A stretch of DNA of 64,000 nucleotides from Candidatus Microgenomates bacterium (GTDB lineage: Bacteria; Patescibacteriota; Microgenomatia; UBA8517), in assembly GCA_049523135.1 (NCBI GenBank), contig JBEKNE010000001.1:82095-146094 (forward strand), read 5' to 3'. The first letter of the stretch is position 1, and every line of letters begins with the position of its first letter. The position numbers and the translations under genes were made by a program. The notes below the pieces were generated by a model. That model saw only the letters and a list, made by a program, of their open reading frames with translations. It was not told the origin of the DNA and did not search any database. Shown here piece after piece: positions 1 through 8,166 of this stretch.

Positions 1-901
1 TAAACTTCGGCGCAAAACGCGAAAGAAGCCTGACTTGTTCTTCAGTCAAAGCAGATCCCTTTATGGCAACAATGTTTTTAATTCCAGCCTGCCAGGAAGA
101 AATCAAATCCAGCTCACCCTCAACAACAATTGCCACCTTTTTCTTCTTAATAAAACTTCTGGTTAGATTCAGGCCGTAAAGAACATTACTTTTGTGGTAC
201 AAGGGGGTTTCAGGAGAATTGATATATTTTCCGGTTTCGCGTTTATCCCAAGGCAAAACTCTGCCGGAAAAACCAATTGGATTTCCCCTGTGATCAAAAA
301 GCGGAAAAATTACGCGGCCGTTAAATCTGTCATAAAGATTCTGTCCTCTAGCAATTCCAATTCCCGCTTTTTCGATATCCGCAGGTGTAAATTTCTTTTT
401 CCCCACCAGAAATTTTGTCAGCGCATATGAACTTTCAGGCGAGTAACCAAGCTGAAATTCTTCAATCGCCTCTTTTTTTAAACCCCGTTGGTTCATTAGA
501 TAATCCAAAGCTTTCTTGGCAACAGGGTGATTCAATAGCAAATAATTGTAAAAACGCACCGCTTGAGTATTTAGTTCAATTAACTTTTCCTTTTCCGAAG
601 TCTCACCAAAATTAACGCTTTGAAGCTTAATTCCGGCGCGGTCCGCCAAATATTTAAGGGCTTCGGGGAATTCCATCCCTTCATATTTTTCCAAAAAAGC
701 AAAGACATCCCCCGCTTCCCCGCAACCGAAACATTTAAAAATCTGAAGTTCTGGCGAAACCATAAAAGAAGGAGTTTTTTCTCCGTGGAACGGACAAATT
801 GCTTTATAATTCCTCCCGGCCTTCTTAAGCTCAATTCTCTCACCGATTATAGAAACTATATCGGTCCTGATTTTAACTTCTTCAATTTGATTGTCCGGCA
901 T
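1..901 (-). CDS. dnaG: DNA primase (3' part runs off the window)
   Basis: Not in the ORF track. Manual translation from ATG at 901 gives MPDNQIEEVKIRTDIVSIIGE..CPFHGEKTPSF..CFGC (CHC2 zinc finger), then YDRFNGRVIFP..KYINSPET..VVEGELD (catalytic core/TOPRIM). Confidence 0.95.
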   Translation of the reverse strand, partial: MPDNQIEEVKIRTDIVSIIGERIELKKAGRNYKAICPFHGEKTPSFMVSPELQIFKCFGCGEAGDVFAFLEKYEGMEFPEALKYLADRAGIKLQSVNFGETSEKEKLIELNTQAVRFYNYLLLNHPVAKKALDYLMNQRGLKKEAIEEFQLGYSPESSYALTKFLVGKKKFTPADIEKAGIGIARGQNLYDRFNGRVIFPLFDHRGNPIGFSGRVLPWDKRETGKYINSPETPLYHKSNVLYGLNLTRSFIKKKKVAIVVEGELDLISSWQAGIKNIVAIKGSALTEEQVRLLSRFAPKF

Positions 902-1059
902 TCTACTTCGATTATATCATCAAGACCCGAATAAAAGATGAAGCTAAATCTCCACTTACAAAAAAATATCTGTTTTTCCCGACTGATCCACAATAAATTT
1001 CTGAAGCCTGTCCCAAATTTGTCCGTACCATATATTAAAAAACATTATCCTCATGTGAG

Positions 1060-1143
1060 CGGAGGAGGCGGGACTCGAACCCGCGAGACTCTTACGAGTC
1101 CGGGTTTTCCAAACCCGTGCCATAGCCGCTAGGCGACTCCTCC
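1060..1143 (-). tRNA. tRNA-Ser(GGA)
   Basis: Cloverleaf: acceptor GGAGGAG/CTCCTCC, anticodon arm CGGGT-TTGGAAA-ACCCG, long variable arm, GGTTCGAGTCC T arm. CCA not encoded. Confidence 0.95.
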
Positions 1144-1170
1144 AGAATCTGCATTATATCAGAAGATTTG

Positions 1171-1242
1171 TGCCTCCTGTGAGAATTGAACTCACATCAA
1201 TGGTTCCGGAAACCATTACTTTATCCGTTAAGCTAAGGAGGC
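1171..1242 (-). tRNA. tRNA-Arg(CCG)
   Basis: GCCTCCT/AGGAGGC acceptor, anticodon arm ATGGT-TTCCGGA-ACCAT, T loop TTCAATT. Confidence 0.93.
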
Positions 1243-1746
1243 CAAAAGCTTTTGGGCGTCTCTGGTTACCTGTTTCTCACCTGAAAAACTTAATTTCTTA
1301 ACAGCATCGTAAATTGGAAGCCATGCAACTTCTGATGTTTCATCATCATATCCTTCAGGCAGGTCTTTTTGCCACTCCATTAAATAAAAAGTTGCAAATT
1401 TTAGAATTTTACCTCTGACCGGATGTGTAAACGAATATTTAATCGTTCCAATTTTTTTAATAATTTTTGCCTCAATTCCGCCTTCTTCGGAAACTTCTCT
1501 AATTGCCGCTTTTTGGAGAGAATCTTCATCAGCTCTAACTTTTCCTGAAGCCATTGGACCGGGTTCATCATCTTCCGTATCATCAATTCTGCCCTTAGGA
1601 AGCATCCAATATGGTTTTGGGTAAAGATCGCTGGATGTTGTTTTCCTGATAAGCCAAAGAGCTTCCCCTTTTTCTTTTTTGAAAACAACTCCCCCCGAAG
1701 AAAACTCGCGGGTTAATATAACTTTATTTTGTGTGTCTTTTCCCAC
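1228..1746 (-). CDS. NUDIX hydrolase
   Basis: SSGGVVF..WMLPKG..AAIREVSEEGG Nudix box. Confidence 0.88.
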   Translation of the reverse strand: MGKDTQNKVILTREFSSGGVVFKKEKGEALWLIRKTTSSDLYPKPYWMLPKGRIDDTEDDEPGPMASGKVRADEDSLQKAAIREVSEEGGIEAKIIKKIGTIKYSFTHPVRGKILKFATFYLMEWQKDLPEGYDDETSEVAWLPIYDAVKKLSFSGEKQVTRDAQKLLASLA

Positions 1747-2165
1747 TCTTTTAAAACCTCCCGGGCTGATTTAAACATATCCTTTTCCCTTTTAAGAATA
1801 ACTTTTTTTACTGCATCTCCGTATTCCACCCACTTAAAGTCATAAAAACCGATAAGTTCGCTTGACCCTCCTTTTTGAAGCATTAAGTAATAATAATATT
1901 TTTGGGAAACAGATTTCCCACTTATAATAGCCGTTCCCGCACTTCTGCCTGCCTCTTCCAAAACTCTGGTGCTCATTCCCCCCTGCTCGCTTGTAAGTCG
2001 TATAACTGACCGGACTGAGGATTCACCGCGTCTTACTGTAACTTTTGGAATTTCCCAGTCACCGTCTTCCTTTGTTTTTACCAGCAAAAACTGGCGCCTG
2101 CCACGGTTATCTCTAAAAACTATGGCTCCGCCGATTGAAACTTGTTGGTTATTTTTATTGATCAT
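1713..2165 (-). CDS. NUDIX-fold protein (degenerate Nudix box)
   Basis: GGAIVF..WEIPK..GESS..RLTSEQGG; tandem with the downstream NUDIX gene. Confidence 0.75.
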   Translation of the reverse strand: MINKNNQQVSIGGAIVFRDNRGRRQFLLVKTKEDGDWEIPKVTVRRGESSVRSVIRLTSEQGGMSTRVLEEAGRSAGTAIISGKSVSQKYYYYLMLQKGGSSELIGFYDFKWVEYGDAVKKVILKREKDMFKSAREVLKEWEKTHKIKLY

Positions 2166-2181
2166 AATTTATTATGACGTG

Positions 2182-2262
2182 CGGAGGATGCAGGAGTCGA
2201 ACCTGCTATCCCTTACGAGAATTGGTTTTCGAAACCAACGCGTTGCCGTCCCGCCCATCCTC
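2182..2262 (-). tRNA. tRNA-Ser(CGA)
   Basis: GGAGGAT/ATCCTCC acceptor, TTGGT-TTCGAAA-ACCAA anticodon arm, long variable arm, GCAGG-TTCGACT-CCTGC T arm. Confidence 0.92.
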
Positions 2263-2274
2263 CATACTAACCTG

Positions 2275-2346
2275 TGCACCCGGACAGAATCGAACTGTCA
2301 TCAAGAGCTCCGCAAGCTCCTACTCTATCCGTTGAGCTACGGGTGC
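2275..2346 (-). tRNA. tRNA-Arg(GCG)
   Basis: GCACCCG/CGGGTGC acceptor, GGAGC-TTGCGGA-GCTCT anticodon arm, GACAG-TTCGATT-CTGTC T arm. Confidence 0.92.
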
Positions 2347-2365
2347 GAGCTTACTTTTCTCTTTA

Positions 2366-2941
2366 TTATTTATTTTCGGGCAATTTTTTAGCAAACCAGT
2401 CCGTAGCCTTATCAAAAGCAGAGGCAGGAGCTTCCTCGAAAGGTAAGTAGGCGGATATTTCCTTCTTAAGTTTCTCCTTTATTTCAGGATTTATTACCAG
2501 TTCAAGCCTTCCGGGTATTAAAAACGTATCTACAATCATAAGTTCGCTGCCAAAACGGTCAACGAACCAATATCTATTTGTTTTTTGCCACTCGGTAAGC
2601 TTGCCCGCAATTTTAATTCCCTTTGTTGTTATTTTATATTCAATATCCTCCGGTTGTACTGTAGAGAGAACATAATATAAAAAAACCAGGGAAACAATTA
2701 AGATAACCGGCATTATTCCCTCAGCCAAAAAAAGAATAAGGCTGACGATTCCCGCCATTGCAAAAACCGAAACATAGAATTGTCTGCCACGCCTCTTAAA
2801 TGGCCTAGCCGGTGATGTCCAGACAACCAAGTCGCGCTCTGGTTCGCGCCTGACAACTACAGGGCTCGGTTCCTGAGATGCCTCAGGACTTCGATTTAAA
2901 GTGCTTTCACTACTTTCTTTTTTGTTCTCGGCAGGATCCAT
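2366..2941 (-). CDS. hypothetical membrane protein (2 TM helices plus a PH-like C-terminal domain)
   Basis: Hydrophobic hairpin followed by a soluble domain. Start moved to the ATG (MDPAEN) just after TATAAT. Confidence 0.7.
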   Translation of the reverse strand: MDPAENKKESSESTLNRSPEASQEPSPVVVRREPERDLVVWTSPARPFKRRGRQFYVSVFAMAGIVSLILFLAEGIMPVILIVSLVFLYYVLSTVQPEDIEYKITTKGIKIAGKLTEWQKTNRYWFVDRFGSELMIVDTFLIPGRLELVINPEIKEKLKKEISAYLPFEEAPASAFDKATDWFAKKLPENK

Positions 2942-2988
2942 AACAAGCGTATTATAACTCAAAACCTGATATAATTGCAGTACTAAAC

Positions 2989-3075
2989 GGAGGATATGCC
3001 GAGCGGCTAAGGCGATGGTTCGCTAAACCATGTCGCGCAAGCGACCGGTGGGTTCGACTCCCTCATCCTCCGCCA
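2989..3075 (+). tRNA. tRNA-Ser(GCT)
   Basis: GGAGGAT/ATCCTCC acceptor, ATGGT-TCGCTAA-ACCAT anticodon arm, long variable arm, ends GCCA. Confidence 0.92.
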
Positions 3076-3096
3076 ATACGAAATCCATTTCGACAA

Positions 3097-3178
3097 GGTG
3101 GGCGGGCAGGACGGTAATGCGCGGGTCTTGAAAACCCGTGGGAGCAATCCCTAACAGGTTCGACCCCTGTGCCCACCG
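3097..3178 (+). tRNA. tRNA-Ser(TGA)
   Basis: GGTGGGC/GCCCACC acceptor, CGGGT-CTTGAAA-ACCCG anticodon arm, ACAGG-TTCGACC-CCTGT T arm. Confidence 0.93.
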
Positions 3179-3214
3179 CATACACACTTTGTATCAAAAG
3201 ATTAATATAAATAT

Positions 3215-3880
3215 ATGGTATCTAAGCCCAAAGGATCAAAATGGCTAGTTGTTTTTTCTGCCTTCGTGTCGATATTTTTAGTTCTTTTGCTATATATTGT
3301 CGTGAAACTCCAAAACAATATCAACCAAATAGATGACGTGTACAAAATCCCGACCGACCAATCGATAAATAATACTCTTCCCAAAGGTTCCAAATTTACA
3401 CACCTAGATGCTTTTGGAATCACACAGACAGATATTCCCAACCTATTTGGCGATAACTACTTGCTGGATCCAAATCACGAGGATAGATTTTATTGGACCG
3501 ATTCAAACAACAAGCAAATAGATCTGACAGATAAATCCAGTCACATATATATAGGCATTCCACTCAAACCCCAAGACATTGGCACCAACAATCCTGAAAA
3601 CGTAAGCTACGTTAGGCAAATATTTCAAAGGTTGATATCGACTTTTGAAGATAATGGATTCAAATTGGATACTTCATTTTCCAAAATGCAGATCTATGGA
3701 TTTGATAATTTGGATTTTGTAAACATTACTGCTTTAGAAAATTCAATCGGTACGAAATGTGAGGTTAGGGAACCTGAACAATACAGTTCCAGCGAACTTT
3801 CCAACATAACCACTATATATTCGAATGTCGGTTATAGATCTTTGGTCTACATTTATATAGCTTGTGTTGATAAAATTTAA
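3215..3880 (+). CDS. hypothetical protein with N-terminal membrane anchor
   Basis: 221-aa ORF with a single N-terminal TM segment; no recognisable motif. Confidence 0.65.
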   Translation: MVSKPKGSKWLVVFSAFVSIFLVLLLYIVVKLQNNINQIDDVYKIPTDQSINNTLPKGSKFTHLDAFGITQTDIPNLFGDNYLLDPNHEDRFYWTDSNNKQIDLTDKSSHIYIGIPLKPQDIGTNNPENVSYVRQIFQRLISTFEDNGFKLDTSFSKMQIYGFDNLDFVNITALENSIGTKCEVREPEQYSSSELSNITTIYSNVGYRSLVYIYIACVDKI

Positions 3881-3919
3881 TTTATCTCGCGATCGTTAAT
3901 CCTTAAACTCTTTCCACTA

Positions 3920-3946
3920 AAAAACCCGCATTAATAGCGGGTTTTT
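3920..3946. terminator. intrinsic terminator (potentially bidirectional)
   Basis: AAAAACCCGC-attaata-GCGGGTTTTT perfect inverted repeat downstream of the 3215..3880 gene. Confidence 0.75.
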
Positions 3947-3951
3947 CGTTT

Positions 3952-3998
3952 GTGGAGAGTCGTGAGCGATGTTAGAACTTTTTACGCTCAACTCTAAG
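3952..3998 (+). repeat. degenerate direct repeat, copy 1
   Basis: 36/47 ungapped identity to 6664..6710, shared core CGATGTTAGAAC. Confidence 0.7.
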
Positions 3999-4094
3999 AA
4001 TCTGTGTTTACACAGGATCCTCAGCGTCTAGAGGCTTCATTTCTAAAAACATGCATTTTCTTCTTACTACTGGTAAACTTCCAATTAGAAACTA

Positions 4095-4913
4095 ATGTTT
4101 GACAAGTATCTAGCAACACCGACTGATTTCAAGGCTGTCACCGAAGCGCTAGGGTTCGTTATGAACCCCAAAATGGAATTTGTTTTCGAAGACAAATCAA
4201 AAATAGCAAATACGGTAATAGTTTCTTACGACAGTAAGTTTATTTATATATGGAAACTCAAACCTATAAAACTTAAATATCAAATTCCGCACAATCTTAA
4301 AATTCCCGATGAATGGCAAAGCGGCTGGTGGGCGACACTTATTTTGGATGATATTGCAAAACTAATACCAGATCTAAAGGATAAACCTGTGATAAATGGT
4401 GGTTTACTAACTCCATTTATTGAACTGCAAAAACGGAAAGATATAAAAGAAAATCCGTATGTTACAAAAGAATCATACTTTGCAACAATAATTCATGAAC
4501 TGGGCCACATTTACTGGAATAGTTTCAAACTTTGGTGGCCGTCAAACAAAAAAGAGAATATTCTGACCCTCAAAGAAGCCGAAAAACTATTCAAAACCCC
4601 AAAAATGATAACTGAAAAGGTTATCCAATTTCCCAGCCCTTTGTATTTGGGGGAAGTCTTCGCGTCTTGCGCGGAATACTATGCGAGTTCAATTTTCTGG
4701 CCAAGTCATAAAGAAAACTTTGATAACTTTGCGAAAATCAAAATCAAAACAATATTGGAGTTTGAAAAAGTCAAAAATCTCAATACCGACGACTCTGTTA
4801 TAGAGCCGACAAAATACCAACACACATACGCATTAGTTGCAACAAAGCTTTTAATTTCCAAATACCCCAATACTTGGCCAGGTATCTTAACTAAACATCA
4901 AGCACTTGCTTAA
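4095..4913 (+). CDS. HExxH-motif protein (putative zinc metallopeptidase)
   Basis: ATIIHELGHIYW motif, and a downstream GEVFA glutamate that could be the third ligand. Confidence 0.6.
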   Translation: MFDKYLATPTDFKAVTEALGFVMNPKMEFVFEDKSKIANTVIVSYDSKFIYIWKLKPIKLKYQIPHNLKIPDEWQSGWWATLILDDIAKLIPDLKDKPVINGGLLTPFIELQKRKDIKENPYVTKESYFATIIHELGHIYWNSFKLWWPSNKKENILTLKEAEKLFKTPKMITEKVIQFPSPLYLGEVFASCAEYYASSIFWPSHKENFDNFAKIKIKTILEFEKVKNLNTDDSVIEPTKYQHTYALVATKLLISKYPNTWPGILTKHQALA

Positions 4914-4922
4914 CCAGAAGGG

Positions 4923-5120
4923 TCATCTCCCTGTGGGATAACAGCCGAGCATATCTGGACCACAAGGCCTAAGCGCTGGTGCACAGTTAAATGGATTGCA
5001 ATCTGTATTGGGGTTGCAAGCCGCATTTGGTGGACAATCTGCTGGTGAGCAACTGTTCGTAGATAGTACCACTGGCGTAACTAAGATTATTTCTGGTTCT
5101 TCTGTTCTTTCAGTTTTCAT
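4923..5120 (-). CDS. Cys-X-Pro repeat peptide, putative RiPP precursor
   Basis: 65 aa: leader MKTERTEEPEIILVTPVVLSTNS, then seven CxP motifs. ATG overlaps the rSAM stop and is preceded by GAAGGTGAG. Confidence 0.8.
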   Translation of the reverse strand: MKTERTEEPEIILVTPVVLSTNSCSPADCPPNAACNPNTDCNPFNCAPALRPCGPDMLGCYPTGR

Positions 5121-6531
5121 TATTCTCACCTTCTTTCTGAATAAACTCTTCTATTGTTGGTCTTAATGTTTCATCATAAAAATGTTCACCGATTTCATTT
5201 ACTCTCCAGACTCCTTTTGCCCATTCACCTGTATATGGATTGTATGTACATCTTGGGTATGGAGACGTAAGATATTCTCCATTTCCTTGGTTTAGACCCT
5301 CGGAAAGTGGGCGACAATCAAAGCAGGCATATCTATATTCACAATTCTGACAAACCAACACATTATCCTTTGTACTTCTCCAAATTGTATCAAGTTTATT
5401 TCCGGAAACTATTTCTTCAAGTGTTGTTTCTTTGATATTGCCAACTGCTAGATTTCTTGAAAAAATGCATGGCAATACATCTCCATTATTTGTAATGGTA
5501 ATTTTTCCCATTAAACAGGGGTGTCCGGAAATATTTCTTGATAAATTGTCTTTAGTAATTGAAAAGCTTGGTGATAACATAAGACTATATTTCACAACTG
5601 ATTCCTTAGTCGGCATTATTGAAGGATTGTCCCCTCTCCCTTTAGGTCTCAAAACATCTGGATGTTTATGAGAAAAACCCATTGTTTCCACGAACTTCTG
5701 AGTCTGGTTAATTGTCTCTTCATTCGGACGCATCAGTACAGTCTCAACTCTAACGGGGACACCAGCATCTTGCAAAAGCTTTAACGCCTCCATTGTCTTC
5801 CTAAAGCTACCTGGAGTTTTTGTTATTGAATCATGTATGCCTTCATCATTCGAATATAGCGATACGGCAACATTTAAACCGAGTGCTTTAATCTTTTGAA
5901 CCTTTTCTGGCGTAAGTAATGTGGCATTTGTGAATATCTCAATAAATTCAAAACCGACGGCCTTTGCGTATTCGGCAAGATCGAATACAGTTTCTTTATT
6001 TTCGGCTCTATAAAGCAGCGGTTCGCCTCCGATAAATTGGCATCTCCGACATCCCAAAGAATATGATTCATCAATCAGATGCTTCCATCTCTCAAAAGAA
6101 ATCTTTTTATTACTTTCCTGCCCAAGATCATTAACTTTACCGTTTTCAGTTGGGAAACCCATTGCTTTTCTGTAAGTCGGCGGCATACATTCTGCATAAC
6201 AATGGATACAACTTTCATTGCAATCGTCAGAAATGATTTCAAACCAAACAAATTGCAGAGAAGGATTTTGCAGGAGCTCTGGAAGCGTTCTTTTTCCATC
6301 GTTTTTTTCTTTGGCCACTAAGTTCATCGATTCGAGTTTTTTCCAAAACTCAGGGTTTTCGGTTGTTCCTGTCAAAATATCGCAGGCAGATTGGTTAATT
6401 GAATAAACATTAGAAGAATTCAAATCATAAATTGCTCCTCTTAGTACTCCGGGGACGAAGAAGACACTATTCTTAAACATGTATTCACCTGAAGATAAAT
6501 GCTCTTTAATATCCAGGCTACGTTCTTTCAT
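5110..6531 (-). CDS. radical SAM/SPASM domain peptide maturase
   Basis: CNESCIHC (CX3CX2C), GGEPLL, SPASM cysteines (CLMGK..LPC..CQNCEYRYACFDC..C), and an N-terminal PqqD/RRE-like segment (GAIYDLNSSNVYSINQSACDIL). Confidence 0.92.
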   Translation of the reverse strand: MKERSLDIKEHLSSGEYMFKNSVFFVPGVLRGAIYDLNSSNVYSINQSACDILTGTTENPEFWKKLESMNLVAKEKNDGKRTLPELLQNPSLQFVWFEIISDDCNESCIHCYAECMPPTYRKAMGFPTENGKVNDLGQESNKKISFERWKHLIDESYSLGCRRCQFIGGEPLLYRAENKETVFDLAEYAKAVGFEFIEIFTNATLLTPEKVQKIKALGLNVAVSLYSNDEGIHDSITKTPGSFRKTMEALKLLQDAGVPVRVETVLMRPNEETINQTQKFVETMGFSHKHPDVLRPKGRGDNPSIMPTKESVVKYSLMLSPSFSITKDNLSRNISGHPCLMGKITITNNGDVLPCIFSRNLAVGNIKETTLEEIVSGNKLDTIWRSTKDNVLVCQNCEYRYACFDCRPLSEGLNQGNGEYLTSPYPRCTYNPYTGEWAKGVWRVNEIGEHFYDETLRPTIEEFIQKEGENNEN

Positions 6532-6597
6532 CGTCGCGCTGAATATAGGCTAGAAATGTTTAGTTGTCAAGTAATCCATTGATGTTATCAGAACCAC

Positions 6598-6619
6598 TCG
6601 TGAACAACGTCAGAACTTT
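6598..6619 (+). repeat. partial copy of the degenerate direct repeat
   Basis: TCGTGAACAACGTCAGAACTTT matches the centre of copy 1 at 18/22. Confidence 0.5.
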
Positions 6620-6663
6620 AACCTCGAACTTTTGATACTTCGTGCCTAAACCAATCTAAAAAA

Positions 6664-6710
6664 GTGGAAAGCTATAAACGATGTTAGAACCTACTACACT
6701 CAACTCCAAG
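6664..6710 (+). repeat. degenerate direct repeat, copy 2
   Basis: 36/47 identity to 3952..3998. Confidence 0.7.
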
Positions 6711-6931
6711 GGCATTGTTATATCCTGTGCTTCAGTAATTAGCCCTAAAAATTCTTTCGGTGTGCAATGCCTGCACGGCCATGTGTGGGTCAAGTGCCAT
6801 TAAAAATACCCGAGACTCTCGATGGAACCAAATGTGGAGTAAAACAATACGCTGATTCAGGTGTAGATACTTGGAACCACACCACAAATTATTACCCAGA
6901 AGGTTAATATCTAACGAAGCATATAAACAGG

Positions 6932-7498
6932 CTAACTACAACACGTTTCGCAGCAACAGCCATAACCCGAACCGGACGATGATGATGCTTCATGGCTATG
7001 CCTCTGTGGTTCGAGATATGCATCATCAATTGCTTTTTCTATCTTTCTATTATCGTGTAGTGAAAAGGTTCCAAAAACACGTGCTCCTATAACTGTAAGG
7101 GTTTCTTTATCGGGGTTTACGCCTACTTCTATTACAGAGAAAGAATAGTCGCCCGAGCCAGAAAAACCACCATCAGATTTTGAATGATAACCCGTACCCC
7201 ATGCAAGACTTATTTTCCCATTTTCCGGTGAATAATTCAGATCATGATTGCCTACATTTCCCTCAAGTAGGTCCTTGTCTATCTGACGAAGTTCATCAAT
7301 TGCCTTACTTTCCGTCAAGACTTTTTCGGTTTGATTTATAACAAATTGTATTCTTTTTTCCGCAGCTTCTTTTGCAAGCCTCAACTGTTCCTCCCTCTCT
7401 CTTCTAGCATTCTCCTCGGTGACTCTCCTATTTTCCTCTGCTTGAAGCCTCTCTTGATCTTGTTGTCTAAGCCTTTCTTTAATTTCTTCCGTAGACAT
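6932..7498 (-). CDS. coiled-coil protein with Ser/Gly/Cys-rich C-terminal tail (candidate YcaO/SagB substrate)
   Basis: Charged coiled-coil N-terminus; ends SSSSGSGYGCCCETCCS. Start set at the ATG 6 nt after TATAAT. Confidence 0.7.
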   Translation of the reverse strand: MSTEEIKERLRQQDQERLQAEENRRVTEENARREREEQLRLAKEAAEKRIQFVINQTEKVLTESKAIDELRQIDKDLLEGNVGNHDLNYSPENGKISLAWGTGYHSKSDGGFSGSGDYSFSVIEVGVNPDKETLTVIGARVFGTFSLHDNRKIEKAIDDAYLEPQRHSHEASSSSGSGYGCCCETCCS

Positions 7499-7531
7499 AT
7501 TTACATTATATAATACCAAAGGCGGCTCAGG

Positions 7532-8164
7532 TCAAGAACCCAGAGCAACATAATAAATTGGATATTCTTCTCTGGCGTTTATATCCAAAAGTTGAATTAT
7601 TTGTTTCTCGTGTAGTCCGCCAATTGCGCAACAACCCAATCCGACGGAGCCTGCAGTAAGATAAACATTTTGCACAAGATGGCCAGCTTCAATATACGGG
7701 AAAACCATCCCTTTATTCTTATATTTATCCGTAGTTCTGTGGAAAGTGGCAGTAATTATTAGCAGTACTGCTGCCTTTTTAAACCAAGGTTGGGTTTTTA
7801 TCCAAATCAAATCAGTTTCTTTCTTTTTAACTTCTTGATTTAATATATCGAGATTATTGTTTACCGGATTGTAATGATACAATCCCGGCACTATCTCTTT
7901 GCTAAAAAGGATTAAGGGATATATCTCGAGAGGGTATTTAGCACCCGCAGACGGATAAGCCCGAAAGGATTTATCCTCATCAATTTTATTTTGCCTAGTT
8001 ATACCTGCACTGTAATACAAAATCTCTGAAAGTACATTTTTTGTTATTGGCTTACCTGTAAACTCTCTAAAAGATGAACGCTTTTTTATCAAGTCATGAA
8101 GCCCGTTTTTTCTTGATTTAATACTTAAACTAATCTTTGGTAATCTCGGATATTGTTTATGCAT
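7532..8164 (-). CDS. SagB/ThcOx family azoline dehydrogenase (nitroreductase fold)
   Basis: RSSFREF, RAYPSAGAKYPLE, GLYHY, EAGHLVQN..GLGCCAIGG motifs; directly follows ycaO. Confidence 0.9.
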   Translation of the reverse strand: MHKQYPRLPKISLSIKSRKNGLHDLIKKRSSFREFTGKPITKNVLSEILYYSAGITRQNKIDEDKSFRAYPSAGAKYPLEIYPLILFSKEIVPGLYHYNPVNNNLDILNQEVKKKETDLIWIKTQPWFKKAAVLLIITATFHRTTDKYKNKGMVFPYIEAGHLVQNVYLTAGSVGLGCCAIGGLHEKQIIQLLDINAREEYPIYYVALGS

Positions 8165-8166
8165 TG

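Noticed and set aside
194-934. Short track ORFs at 194, 415, 580 and 620
   Set aside because: They are antisense or off-frame shadows of dnaG, which the track missed because it runs off the window.
938-2391. ORFs 938..1132 and 1969..2391
   Set aside because: They are antisense translations of tRNA and NUDIX genes (e.g. GGGGTRTR, QESNL, TESNC).
3951-3958. GTGGAGA match to the tmRNA 3' end as a possible att duplication
   Set aside because: Only 7 bp, which is expected by chance.
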